Position numbers and translations under genes: made by a program. Shown here in pieces: positions 18,422 to 28,388 of a stretch of 64,000 bases of DNA. The notes under the pieces were generated by a model, which was not told the origin of the DNA, did not search any database, and saw only the letters and a program-made list of their open reading frames with translations. Position 1 is the first letter of the stretch. Every line of letters begins with the position of its first letter. The stretch is from Vicinamibacteria bacterium (lineage in GTDB: Bacteria; Acidobacteriota; Vicinamibacteria; Marinacidobacterales; Marinacidobacteraceae), in contig OZ219816.1 in the NCBI GenBank assembly GCA_964291235.2, forward strand, positions 1,952,001 to 2,016,000, in the 5' to 3' direction.

Positions 18422-20326
18422 TCATGGACCCGATCCGTCCATCGTCTCGATCCGAAGCTCGTGCTCCACCGCCGCGGTGCGGCCGTCCTGGTAGGTGATC
18501 TCGGACGCCACGGCAACCGAGTCGTTGTCTCCCTGGAGAGCGTCGATGATTTCCCGGAAGCGACCGGCGATGTGACGCCGCCGCACCTTGCGCGTGCGGG
18601 TCAGCTCCGCATCGTCCGCGTGAAGTTCCTTGTAGAGCAGCAGGAAGCGGTGGATGCGCGCCGCGGGCGGGAGATCTCCGTTCACCTCGGAAACATGTTG
18701 CCGCAGCAGGTCGTACACCTCGGTGCGGCGGGCCAGGTCGGTGAAGGTCGTGTAGGCAATGCGGCGGCGCTCCGCCCACTGCCCGGCGTTCTCCATGTCG
18801 ATGGCGATCATCGCGGTGACGAACGGAGCTCCCGATCCTCCGAAGACCACCGCCTCGCCGATGTAGGGGCTGAACTTGAGCTTGTTCTCGACGCACTGCG
18901 GGGAGAAGCTGCTCCCGTCCGCGAGCTTCATCACGTCGGCCACCCGATCGATGACGACCAGGTGGCCGTGGTCGTCGAAGTAGCCCGCATCACCCGAGTG
19001 CAGCCAGCCGTCCTCGAGCGCCTCCGCCGTCGCCGCGGGGTTTTGGAAATAGCCCTGAAACACCGCGGGGCTCCGGCAGAGGATCTCGCCCTCCTCCGAG
19101 ATCCGGATCTCGGTCCGGGGCAGCGGCATACCCACCGTCTGGAACCGGATGTCGTCGTCCCGGTGAACCACGGAGATCCCGGACACCTCAGTCTGGCCGT
19201 AGAGCTGCTTCAGGTTCACTCCGATGGCGTGGTAGAAGCGAAAGACATCCGGGCCGAGCGCCGCGCCTCCGGTGTAGGCCCGCCGCACTCTGGCCAGTCC
19301 CAACTGGTCGCGGACCGGACCGAACACCATCCAGTCGGCCAACCGGTGGCCGACTCTCCGGGCAAACCCGACCCTTTGCCCGCGGAAACGGGCCTCGGCG
19401 CGGGCGGCGCCCTGCTTCATCGCCCAGCGGTAGATCCGGCGCTTGAGGGGAGTGGTGTCTTCGGCCATGACCTGCACGTCCGAAACCATGTTTTCCCAGA
19501 TCCGGGGCGGTGACATCAGGAACGCCGGCCCGATCTCGCGCGTGTCCTGGCGCGCGGTCGCGGTCTCCTCCGGGAAGTTCACCGTGAATCCCGCCAGCAG
19601 CCCGCTCGCCACCGCCACCATCTGCTCGCCGATCCAGGCGAGCGGAAGGAACGACACGAATTCGTCGTCCGCGTGCATCGCGTCCACGCTCTCGAGCTGC
19701 GATGCCATGGCGAGCAGGTTCTCGTGCGAGAGCATGGCCAGCTTCGGGACGCTGGTGGTGCCGGAGGTCGTGCAGAGCAGCGCAATGTCCCCGGGCTGGA
19801 CCGCGGCCAGCCGGCGGTCGAACTCCCCGGGCGACCTTTCATGAAGTCCGTCGCCGAGCGCTTCGACCTCCTCGAAGGACATGAGACCCGGCGCCTGGTA
19901 GCCGTACATACCGCGCCGGTCGTAGTAGACGATGCGCTCGAGCCCGGGCAGCCGGTCGCGCACTTCCAACACCTTGTCCACCTGCTCCTGATCCTCGGCC
20001 ACGATGACCCGCGCCCCGGCGGCCTCCAGCATGCGGGCGAGTTCGTCGGCGATGGAATCCTGATAGAGCCCCAGGGGGAGAATGCCGGCGGTCTGCGAGG
20101 CCAACTCTGCGATCACCCACTCCGGCCGGTTGTCTCCGACGATCGCGACCCGGTCGCCTTCCTCCAGACCGAGTTCCGTCAGCCCGAGTGAGAAACGCCG
20201 CACCCGCGCCAGGTAGTCCGCCCAGGTGATCTCCTGCCAGATCCCGAATTCCTTCTCACGCAGCGCGATATCGCCGGGACGCCTCGCGGCGTGGTTCGCG
20301 AGGACGCCAGGCAGGGTTCCGATCAC
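18422..20326 (-). CDS. Long-chain acyl-CoA synthetase (AMP-binding)
   Basis: 'TSGTTSVPK', 'SFLPLAWIGE', 'YGQTE', 'GWLHSGDAG', 'ELTRTRKVRR'. Confidence 0.9.
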   Translation of the reverse strand: MIGTLPGVLANHAARRPGDIALREKEFGIWQEITWADYLARVRRFSLGLTELGLEEGDRVAIVGDNRPEWVIAELASQTAGILPLGLYQDSIADELARMLEAAGARVIVAEDQEQVDKVLEVRDRLPGLERIVYYDRRGMYGYQAPGLMSFEEVEALGDGLHERSPGEFDRRLAAVQPGDIALLCTTSGTTSVPKLAMLSHENLLAMASQLESVDAMHADDEFVSFLPLAWIGEQMVAVASGLLAGFTVNFPEETATARQDTREIGPAFLMSPPRIWENMVSDVQVMAEDTTPLKRRIYRWAMKQGAARAEARFRGQRVGFARRVGHRLADWMVFGPVRDQLGLARVRRAYTGGAALGPDVFRFYHAIGVNLKQLYGQTEVSGISVVHRDDDIRFQTVGMPLPRTEIRISEEGEILCRSPAVFQGYFQNPAATAEALEDGWLHSGDAGYFDDHGHLVVIDRVADVMKLADGSSFSPQCVENKLKFSPYIGEAVVFGGSGAPFVTAMIAIDMENAGQWAERRRIAYTTFTDLARRTEVYDLLRQHVSEVNGDLPPAARIHRFLLLYKELHADDAELTRTRKVRRRHIAGRFREIIDALQGDNDSVAVASEITYQDGRTAAVEHELRIETMDGSGP

Positions 20327-21159
20327 GGCGGGTCCCCGTTGCGGCCGGCATCGTCCGCCGTCCTTCCCAGGTAGGCGTCGATGACCGCAGGGTCGCTGCG
20401 GACCTCGTGCGGACTCCCCTGCGCGATCCGGCGCCCGAAGTCCAGCACCACGACCCGGTCGGCGATGTCCATGATGACGTCGATGTCGTGGTCCACGACC
20501 ACCACGGTGATGCCCTGCTCCTCGTGAACGTCGAGGATGAAGCGCGCCATCGACTCTTTCTCCTCGGCGTTCATCCCGGCCGTCGGCTCGTCCAGGAGGA
20601 GAAGGTTCGGACCGAGCGCCAGGGCGCGCGCCATCTCCACGAGGCGCTGATTTCCGTAAGCCAGATTTCCTACCACGGCGCTCCGCAGCGGCTCCAGGTT
20701 CATGAAGTCGACGATCCGCTCCACGTATTTCCGGTGCTCGATCTCCCGGCGGCGTTGACGACCCAGGTACAGGCCGCCGCCGAGCACGCCTCCCTTCATG
20801 TGCACATGGCGGCCGAGCATGAGGTTCTCGAGCACCGTCATGTGCTTGAACAGCTCGATGTTCTGGAAGGTACGCGCAACGCCCAGCTCCGCAATGCGGT
20901 GCGGCGCGAGCCGTTGGAGCGCGTGCCGGGCCCCATCGCGGCCGGTCAGGGTGATGCTCCCGTCCTGCGGGCGGTAGAGGCCGGAGACGCAGTTCAAAAC
21001 GCTGGTCTTCCCGGCCCCGTTGGGCCCGATGAGGGCCAGCAGCTCGCCGTCCCGGACCTCCATCGTGAGACCCGAGAGCGAGGTCACCCCCCCGAAGCGG
21101 AGGGTCAGGTCCGAGAGTTCAAGGATGGAGCGCCCTCCGGCGGCTGGGTTCCTTCCCAC
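20323..21159 (-). CDS. Liv-type ABC transporter ATP-binding protein (LivG-like)
   Basis: 'GPNGAGKTS', 'ARTFQNIELF', 'LLDEPTAG', 'VIDAYLG'. Confidence 0.9.
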   Translation of the reverse strand: MGRNPAAGGRSILELSDLTLRFGGVTSLSGLTMEVRDGELLALIGPNGAGKTSVLNCVSGLYRPQDGSITLTGRDGARHALQRLAPHRIAELGVARTFQNIELFKHMTVLENLMLGRHVHMKGGVLGGGLYLGRQRRREIEHRKYVERIVDFMNLEPLRSAVVGNLAYGNQRLVEMARALALGPNLLLLDEPTAGMNAEEKESMARFILDVHEEQGITVVVVDHDIDVIMDIADRVVVLDFGRRIAQGSPHEVRSDPAVIDAYLGRTADDAGRNGDPP

Positions 21160-21258
21160 GGGATCGATGACGGTTGGATGAGGGTACGGCGGTGTTCCCC
21201 GGAGGACAAACGGGCCAGTGCGACGGAAGCGTTCCGGCGAGCGGCGGTTCCCTGGCGG

Positions 21259-22470
21259 TCAGCGGCTGCGGCCGCCTTCCGCCCACGCGAGGGCGGCAAA
21301 TGTCCCCGCCCCGAAGACGGTGAAGGCGCCGACCTGGGCGTACATGGTGCCGTCGAAGCTCTGGCCCACGAATCCGCCGAACGGCACCGCGATGAGCATG
21401 GTGAGCGAGGCGACCACCGCCGCTCCCACGCCCGCGATGTGGCCCAACGGCTGCATCGCCAGGGCATTGAGGTTCCCGAAGAGGAGGCCGACGCTGAAGA
21501 AGACGGCGAACAGGTAGCCGGCGAAGAACCAGAAGGGAGGAAGTCCGTCGAAGCTCAGCGTCACCACCCACGCCGCGACCGAAACCAGCGTCACGGACAC
21601 CGCCGCCGCCTTCGAGAGCCGGCGCATCCCGTGCTTCATCACGAGGCGGCCGTTCACGAGCGCGGCGCCGCCGACCGAGAGCGAGAGCACTCCGAACCAG
21701 AATGGGAACCACGCCCCGGTGCGGTAGGCCTCCTGGAAGATCTGCTGGGCCGAGCTCAGGTAGGCGACGAACGGGGCGAAGACCAGGCCGCTCGCCAAGG
21801 TGTAGCCGAGGGCGGCCCGGATGCCCAGGACCTCGAGGACACCCCTGCCGATGGCCCGCGGAGAGAACCGCCGCTGGTGGGCGGCGGGGAGAGTTTCCGG
21901 CTGGCGGATAGCGAACCACAGGAAGGTGATCGCGGCGATGGCGAAGAAGGTGCTGAAGATCGAGCGCCAGCCGCCGAGCCAGAGAATCCCCTGGCCGATG
22001 GCCGGGGCGACGGTGGGAATGAAGATGAAGACCGCCAGGATGAAGGACATGAGCCGCGCCATGCGGCGGCCTTCGTACTGGTCGCGCACGAGCGCCAGGG
22101 TCACGATGCGCGGCGCCGCGACTCCGACGCCCTGCAGGACGCGGCCGGCGATCATCACCTCGAAGGTGGAAGCAAAGACGCTCAGCAGGCACCCCGCCAT
22201 GAACAGGAAGATGCCGGCATGGATCGCGGGTTTCCGCCCAATGGCGTCGGAGAGGGGGCCGAAGAGCAGCTGGCCGAAGCCGAGTCCGACAAACAGGGCG
22301 GTGACCACGAACTGAACGTCGTTCGGGCGCTCGACGCCGAGGTCGCGGCCGATGGCCGGCAGGGCGGGCAGCATGGTGTCGATCGCAAGCGCGACCAGCG
22401 ACATCAGGAGCGCCGCAAGCGGAATGAACTCGCCGGGCCGCAGGGCCGGCCCGGCCGCCGTCCGGCTCAT
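21259..22470 (-). CDS. Bcr/CflA-family MFS efflux transporter
   Basis: 'AIDTMLPALP', 'GQLLFGPLSDAIGRKP', 'GWRSIF', 'PETLP'; 12 TM. Confidence 0.88.
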   Translation of the reverse strand: MSRTAAGPALRPGEFIPLAALLMSLVALAIDTMLPALPAIGRDLGVERPNDVQFVVTALFVGLGFGQLLFGPLSDAIGRKPAIHAGIFLFMAGCLLSVFASTFEVMIAGRVLQGVGVAAPRIVTLALVRDQYEGRRMARLMSFILAVFIFIPTVAPAIGQGILWLGGWRSIFSTFFAIAAITFLWFAIRQPETLPAAHQRRFSPRAIGRGVLEVLGIRAALGYTLASGLVFAPFVAYLSSAQQIFQEAYRTGAWFPFWFGVLSLSVGGAALVNGRLVMKHGMRRLSKAAAVSVTLVSVAAWVVTLSFDGLPPFWFFAGYLFAVFFSVGLLFGNLNALAMQPLGHIAGVGAAVVASLTMLIAVPFGGFVGQSFDGTMYAQVGAFTVFGAGTFAALAWAEGGRSR

Positions 22471-22547
22471 GGTCCGCCCCGGCCCCTCACCGCGTACACG
22501 GTGCCGCCGTCGTCAACCAGACGGGCACGGCGACGCGAAGACTCTCG

Positions 22548-23870
22548 CTACTGCGGGGGTTTCGGACGCGACCGGTACTTCTCGTAGAGCATCTGGTGCC
22601 GGTTGTCGAGCGAAACCGGAACCCCGTTCACGAAGACGTGTTCGACTTCGGTGCGGATTTCCAGCGGGTCGCCGTTCACGACGATCAGGTTCGCGACCTT
22701 TCCCTCCTCGAGGGTCCCGAAATCCTCCGCCAGCCCGAAGAGCTGCGCGGGAATGGTGGTAATCGCTCGGATCGCGGCGTCCTGCGGCAGTCCGTAGCCG
22801 ACCGCGTGCCCCGCCTCGTAGGGCAGGAGGCGCGAGTTCGACGAACCGAACGTGGCGAAGGCCACCGTCACCCCGGCGTCGTGGAGTTCTCCCGGGGTCG
22901 TGAAGGGCTTGTCGTACGGGGAATCCTCCTCGCTCGGCAACCGCTGCGTCGGCCCCAGGATCACCGGGATCCCGTTTTCGACGAGCACTTCCTTCACCTT
23001 CCAGGCCTCGTTTCCGCCGAGGAGGATCATCTTGACCCCCTGCTCCTTCGTGAACTCGACGGCCTCGCGAATCTCCCGCTCGCCCTGGGCCAGGATCAGC
23101 AACGGCATCTCCCCGCCGACGACGGGACCCAGTGCAGCCAGCCGGACGTCTCTTTCGCGAGCCCCGGCGTCGCCGGCCTCCGCGTAGCGGCGCGCCGCAT
23201 CGAGCACCTCGCCCAACTCGGTGACCTGGCGGTCGTATTCCTCCTGGGCCTCACGGAACGAGCGCCGCTCCGGGCGGAAGGTCGCGGGATTGAACGAGCG
23301 GGTCGAATAGGTCGGCCAGGTCAGCACCATTCCCGCGGACGCCTCGATATCCATCTCCTCGACGGTCCAGCCGTCGAGGTGGACGATGGAGGCCTGACCG
23401 CTGATCCCGGTACCGCCGCCGCCGAAGCCGCCGAGACGACCGGGCGCCACCACCGCGTGGGTGATGCCGTTGGCGCGCGCCACCGGCAGGTGTTCACTCG
23501 AGGGATGGATCGCGGTGGCCGCCCGCAGGTGCGGGTTCATCTCCCCGAGCTCCACGGTATCCACCGTGGCGCTGATGGAGCTGATCTCCGTCAGACCGAG
23601 CTGGCTCACCGAGTCCATCATCCCCGGATAGACATCCAGCCCCGCCGCGTCGATCACGGCCGCTCCCGCCGGAGCGGAAACATCGTCTCCAATCTCCACA
23701 ATCCGGCCGTCCCGGATGAGGATGGAGCCCGACTCGATGGGCGCCGCTCCCTCGACGAGCGTGTGGATCCGGGCATTCGTGATGAGCCACGACTCTTCTT
23801 CCTGGGCGCCCGCAAACGCGGAAACACCGAGTAGCGCCAGCCCGAAGGCGTTCCTGCCAAGCCGGGTCAT
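22548..23870 (-). CDS. Secreted amidohydrolase-family protein lacking the HxH motif
   Basis: Signal peptide; 'IRDGRI', 'YPGMMDSVSQLGL', 'GTLEEGKVANL'; ATGA overlap. Confidence 0.8.
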   Translation of the reverse strand: MTRLGRNAFGLALLGVSAFAGAQEEESWLITNARIHTLVEGAAPIESGSILIRDGRIVEIGDDVSAPAGAAVIDAAGLDVYPGMMDSVSQLGLTEISSISATVDTVELGEMNPHLRAATAIHPSSEHLPVARANGITHAVVAPGRLGGFGGGGTGISGQASIVHLDGWTVEEMDIEASAGMVLTWPTYSTRSFNPATFRPERRSFREAQEEYDRQVTELGEVLDAARRYAEAGDAGARERDVRLAALGPVVGGEMPLLILAQGEREIREAVEFTKEQGVKMILLGGNEAWKVKEVLVENGIPVILGPTQRLPSEEDSPYDKPFTTPGELHDAGVTVAFATFGSSNSRLLPYEAGHAVGYGLPQDAAIRAITTIPAQLFGLAEDFGTLEEGKVANLIVVNGDPLEIRTEVEHVFVNGVPVSLDNRHQMLYEKYRSRPKPPQ

Positions 23871-25276
23871 CGCCGTTCTCCTTCCCCAGGTCCCCGCCGG
23901 GGGCCGCGCCGGCCGGGGCTCCGTTCCGCGTCGTCGTCCCCGGAGAGTTTCTCCTCGAGTTCGGCACGCTCCGCGGCCGCACTCTCCCGCATCGCCAGGT
24001 CCTTCTCGCGGCTGAAGAGCATCTCCCCGTCCACGAAGGTCATCTGGTTCACCGCGTAGGTGCTCAGCGGGTGGCGGTCGAAGATCGCCAGGTCGGCGTC
24101 CTTCCCGACCTCGATGGAGCCGACCCGGTCGTCGATCCGGAGCTGCATCGCCGGGTTGATGGTGATCATCTTGAGCGCCGCCGCTTCGGTCATCCCGCCC
24201 CACTTCACCGTCTTGGCCGCCTCCTGGTTCAGGTGCCGCGCTTCCTCGGAGCTGTCCGAGTTGATGGAGACGAGGATGCCCCGCTCGGTCATGAGCGCCG
24301 CGTTGTGCGGGATGGCGTCATAGGCCTCGACCTTGTAGGCCCACCAGTCGGAGAAGGTGGAGGCTCCCGCGCCGTGGGCGGCGATCTCGTTCGCCACCTT
24401 GTAACCCTCGAGTACGTGCTGGAGCGTGGCGATCCGGAATCCGAACTCCTCGGCGACCCGCAGGAGTTGCAGGATCTCGTCCTGCCGGTAGCAGTGAGCG
24501 TGGACGAGCCGTTTCCCTTCCAGGATCTCGACCAGCGGCTCGAGCTTCATGTCCCGCCGGGGTGGCAGCACCCGTTCGCCGCGCGCCTTCGCCGCCTCGT
24601 AGTCGGCGAACTCCTGACGGTAGGCCTCCGCCTCCACGAACGCCTGCCGGATCACGTCCTGGACTCCCATCCGGGTCGCCGGATAGCGACGCTCGACGCC
24701 CGCCGGCATCCCGCGCGACCGCTTCGGATTCTCCCCGAGCGCGAACTTGATGCCCGGCGGCGCGCCCTCCAGCACGAGCCCGGCGGCATCGGCCCCCCAG
24801 CGGTGCTTGATGACCACGTTCAGGCCGCCGATCGGGTTGGCGCTCCCGTGGAGGATGTTCGAGGTGGTGACCCCGCCCGCCAGCTCGCGGTAGATGTTGA
24901 CGTCATAGGGATCCACCACGTCGCCCGTCCCCGTCATCGAGGACACCGCGACGCTGCCCTCGTTGATGGATTCGGCGGCGATGTGCGAATGGGCGTCGAT
25001 GATGCCGGGCATCACGAACATCCCCGTGGCGTCGATCACTTCGGCTCCCTCGGGAACCGTGACGCTCGCGCCGACCTCGGCGATCTTCCCGTCGCGAATC
25101 AGGATCTCCCCCGGAGAGAGAGTGTCCCCGGTCACCGTGAGGACAGTGCCGCCTCGAATGGCGGTGTCCTGAGCGATCGCCAGGGGGGCGGCCAGGAAGG
25201 CCACCAGCAGGGCCGCGATGAGCAGCGTCTTTGGGTGTCGCATCGTTTTCATTGTTCCCGTCTTCCTTGGCGTCAT
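23867..25276 (-). CDS. Secreted amidohydrolase with intact metal motifs
   Basis: 'PGIIDAHSH', 'KFALGENPK', 'HAHCYR', 'QHVLEG', 'NSDS', 'GSIEVGKDAD'. Confidence 0.88.
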   Translation of the reverse strand: MTPRKTGTMKTMRHPKTLLIAALLVAFLAAPLAIAQDTAIRGGTVLTVTGDTLSPGEILIRDGKIAEVGASVTVPEGAEVIDATGMFVMPGIIDAHSHIAAESINEGSVAVSSMTGTGDVVDPYDVNIYRELAGGVTTSNILHGSANPIGGLNVVIKHRWGADAAGLVLEGAPPGIKFALGENPKRSRGMPAGVERRYPATRMGVQDVIRQAFVEAEAYRQEFADYEAAKARGERVLPPRRDMKLEPLVEILEGKRLVHAHCYRQDEILQLLRVAEEFGFRIATLQHVLEGYKVANEIAAHGAGASTFSDWWAYKVEAYDAIPHNAALMTERGILVSINSDSSEEARHLNQEAAKTVKWGGMTEAAALKMITINPAMQLRIDDRVGSIEVGKDADLAIFDRHPLSTYAVNQMTFVDGEMLFSREKDLAMRESAAAERAELEEKLSGDDDAERSPGRRGPRRGPGEGERR

Positions 25277-26721
25277 CGGTGACGTCCGGGGGTTTCCTCC
25301 CTGTCCGTTTCCTCTTCGTCGTCCGCGTCGGAGCGGTGGATCACCCCGTCCACGAAGATCGTCTCGACCTTCGCGCCATCCTCGAAAATGTCCTGGTCGG
25401 CAATCACCAGGTTGGCGATCCGTCCGGCCTGCAGCGTTCCCACGCGGTCGGCGACCCCGAAGATTTCGGCCGGGGCCATGGTGAGCGCGGTGAGAGCGGC
25501 CTCCCGGTCGAGTCCCCGTTCCACCGCCTTGCGCACCGCCGCCAGGTCATCCCCTGAGCCTCCGCGGCCTCCGGCGGAACCACCGCGGCGACCCGGAGGG
25601 CCGGGTCCGGCCCCCGCAGACTCGCCCCGGTAGAAGGCGAAACGCACCCCCGCGGCGGCGAGCGCCGCCGGACCGGCCGGCGCCCGGTCCCGGAGGCGCA
25701 GGGTGCGGAGCGAGACCTCCGCTTCCGGATCCGCCTGGGGATCGGCAGCCGGCCAGTTCAGGTCCACCAGGATCGGCACGCCGTGCTCCGCCAGGAATTC
25801 GGCGGATTCCACACCTTCATGGCCCCCGTAGAGCACCGGCCGGATGCCGAACTCCGCCGCGAGACCCACCATCCGGCGAACCTCCTTGTCGAGCGTCGCC
25901 GGCAGCAACACCGGCTGTTCGCCGGACGCGGCAGCGACGAGCGGAGCGAGCGCCCGGTCGTAGCGGGGCCGGGAGAGGCCCGTCGGGTCCTCCTCGTACA
26001 TCCGCCAGATCTCGGCGTAGTGCGAAGCGTCGAGGAAGAGCTGCCGCAGATACGCGACGACCCCCATCATCGAACCGGGGAACGAACGGAAGCCGCGGGT
26101 CTCGAGCCGGACCATCACCGCGACGTCCGGGTCGAGCACCAGATCCCGCGGGTCGTCACCGGCAAGATTCACAAACGCGGCCCGTCCTCCCACGATTCCG
26201 TCGCGGGGAGCGGTGACCGCCGAGGTGAAGCCGGCGCTCCGGCGCGCGGCCAGCCGATCGTCACTCGTCGAGAGATCGTCGGCGGCCAGCCTCCAGGAGA
26301 AGGTGTCGGGCCGGTCCTCCGGCCCCCGGGAGGGCGGCGGCTGGTTCGGGCGCCCGCCCGGGCCCGCCGCCTGTCTTCCTGGCGGCGCGGCCGTTCCCAG
26401 ACCCAGATCGCTGAGCGCGGTGACCAATCCCGGATAGACGTGCTTCCCGGCAGCGTCGAGCCGCGCCGTTCCGGCGGGAGCCTCATCCCCGGCTTCCACG
26501 GCGACGATCAGCCCGTCCCGGATCACCACGGTCGCCTGGTCGAGGACGGTCCCGTTCCCGACGTGGACCATCCCACCGGTGATCGCCCAGTCGCGCGGGC
26601 CGGCGTCGGCCACCGCCCGGGAGGAGAGCTGGGCGGCCGCGGGCGTCGCTGCCGCGACCAGCAGCACCGCCAGTGCTGCGAGGAGGCGGCCGTCACGCCG
26701 CGGGGCTATTCGTCTCGACAT
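25273..26721 (-). CDS. Secreted amidohydrolase-family protein lacking the HxH motif
   Basis: Signal peptide; 'VIRDGLI', 'YPGLVTALSDLGL', 'FPGSMMG', 'GTLQAGRIANL'. Confidence 0.8.
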   Translation of the reverse strand: MSRRIAPRRDGRLLAALAVLLVAAATPAAAQLSSRAVADAGPRDWAITGGMVHVGNGTVLDQATVVIRDGLIVAVEAGDEAPAGTARLDAAGKHVYPGLVTALSDLGLGTAAPPGRQAAGPGGRPNQPPPSRGPEDRPDTFSWRLAADDLSTSDDRLAARRSAGFTSAVTAPRDGIVGGRAAFVNLAGDDPRDLVLDPDVAVMVRLETRGFRSFPGSMMGVVAYLRQLFLDASHYAEIWRMYEEDPTGLSRPRYDRALAPLVAAASGEQPVLLPATLDKEVRRMVGLAAEFGIRPVLYGGHEGVESAEFLAEHGVPILVDLNWPAADPQADPEAEVSLRTLRLRDRAPAGPAALAAAGVRFAFYRGESAGAGPGPPGRRGGSAGGRGGSGDDLAAVRKAVERGLDREAALTALTMAPAEIFGVADRVGTLQAGRIANLVIADQDIFEDGAKVETIFVDGVIHRSDADDEEETDREETPGRHR

Positions 26722-26825
26722 GGCGCGCGAGTCTGTCCGAGCGGTAGTCGCGGGTCAACCGGCTCGGGTGGGCGCTCGGACCGACGCTCCGGATCGTGCC
26801 CCCCGCGTAAGATTCCGGCCGCCCC

Positions 26826-28355
26826 GTGCCCCGCTTCTACCTGACCACCGCCATCGATTACGTGAACTCGCCGCCGCACCTGGGGACGGCCTACGAAAAG
26901 ATCACCGCGGACGTCATCGCGCGGTACCGGCGGAGCGCCGGATACGACACCCACTTCCTGATGGGCGCCGACGAGCACTCCCTGAACGTCCGGCGGAAAG
27001 CCGAGGAACAGGGGCTCGATCCGCTCGACTACTGCCAGAAAATGGAGGACACCTTCCGCGCCGTGTGGGCGAAGCTCGACGTCTCCTACGACGAGTTCAT
27101 CCGCACCACCGAGAAGCGGCACCACCAGGGGGTCCAGAAGCTGCTCGAGGCGATCCGGACCAACGGCGGCATCTACGAGGGCAGCTACGAGGGCTGGTAC
27201 TGCGTTTCCTGCGAGGCCTTCAAGCAGGAAAAGGACCTCGTGGACGGGCTCTGCCCGCTGCACCGCGCGAAGCCGGACTGGATCACCGAGAAGAACCACT
27301 TCTTCCGGCTCTCGGACTACCGCGACCGCCTGCTCGAGCTCTACCGCGAGCAGCCGAGTTTCATCGAGCCCGAGACCCGGAGGAACGAACTGACAAACGT
27401 CCTCGAAGCGGGACTCCTCGATCTTTCGGTGAGCCGGCCCGGAACCGGCTGGGGTATCCCGGTTCCCTTCGACGAGCGGAGCGTGGTGTACGTCTGGTTT
27501 GACGCCCTCATGAACTACCTCTCGGCAACCGGGTACGGAACCGGGGAGGAGGGCTGGGACGAGCGCTGGCCCGCCGACCTGCACATCGTGGGCAAGGACA
27601 TCACCCGCTTCCACGCGGTGATCTGGCCGGCCATGCTGATGGCCGCCGGGGTCCCCATCCCCGGCCAGGTGTTCGGACACGGCTTCGTGAACTTCCAGGG
27701 CGAACGGATGAGCAAGTCGCTCGGGACCGCGGTGGACCCGCTGGAAGCCGCCGACCACTTCGGGGCGGATCCGCTTCGCCTCTTCCTGGTGCGGGAGATC
27801 CAGTACGGGCAGGACGGGGACTTTTCCTGGGACCGATTCGAGGCCCGCTACGACGCCGACCTCGCCAACTCGCTCGGCAACCTGGTCAGCCGGATCACCT
27901 CGATGGCGGGGCGTTACCGCGAGGGCCGCCTGGTTCCCTCCGCGCGCTCGGCCCTGCCGGGAATCGCGTCGCAGGCGGTCGCCGACTACCACGACGCAAT
28001 GCTGTCCCTACGCCTGCACGACGGCGCGGCCGCCGCTTTCCGGATCGTGAGCGCGGTGAACGAGTTCCTGACCGAACGGGCGCCCTGGAAGCTGGCGAAG
28101 GACCCGAACGCCGGGGCGGCGCTCGACGAGGCGCTCTACGAGGCCGCGGAGGCGACGCGGATCGCCGCGGTGCTGCTCCACCCGATCATGCCGAAGTCCA
28201 TTGCGCGAATTCTCGAGCGTCTGGGCGGGACGGACGGAGACGGCATCCGCTTCGACGAGCAGGCGGCGTTCGAGGGCGGGCGCGCCCTGGCCACCCGAGC
28301 GGGCGAACCGCTCTGGCCGCGGCTCACCGGCGGCCGATCCGGAAGCGGGGGGTAA
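26826..28355 (+). CDS. metG: Methionyl-tRNA synthetase (short form without C-terminal OB domain)
   Basis: 'FYLTTAIDYVN..PHLG', 'GADEH', Zn knuckle 'CVSC...CPLH', 'YVWFDAL', 'GKDI', 'RMSKS'. Confidence 0.95.
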   Translation: MPRFYLTTAIDYVNSPPHLGTAYEKITADVIARYRRSAGYDTHFLMGADEHSLNVRRKAEEQGLDPLDYCQKMEDTFRAVWAKLDVSYDEFIRTTEKRHHQGVQKLLEAIRTNGGIYEGSYEGWYCVSCEAFKQEKDLVDGLCPLHRAKPDWITEKNHFFRLSDYRDRLLELYREQPSFIEPETRRNELTNVLEAGLLDLSVSRPGTGWGIPVPFDERSVVYVWFDALMNYLSATGYGTGEEGWDERWPADLHIVGKDITRFHAVIWPAMLMAAGVPIPGQVFGHGFVNFQGERMSKSLGTAVDPLEAADHFGADPLRLFLVREIQYGQDGDFSWDRFEARYDADLANSLGNLVSRITSMAGRYREGRLVPSARSALPGIASQAVADYHDAMLSLRLHDGAAAAFRIVSAVNEFLTERAPWKLAKDPNAGAALDEALYEAAEATRIAAVLLHPIMPKSIARILERLGGTDGDGIRFDEQAAFEGGRALATRAGEPLWPRLTGGRSGSGG

Positions 28356-28388
28356 GGACCGGCGCTGATCGCGCCGGGAGGAGGAGGC

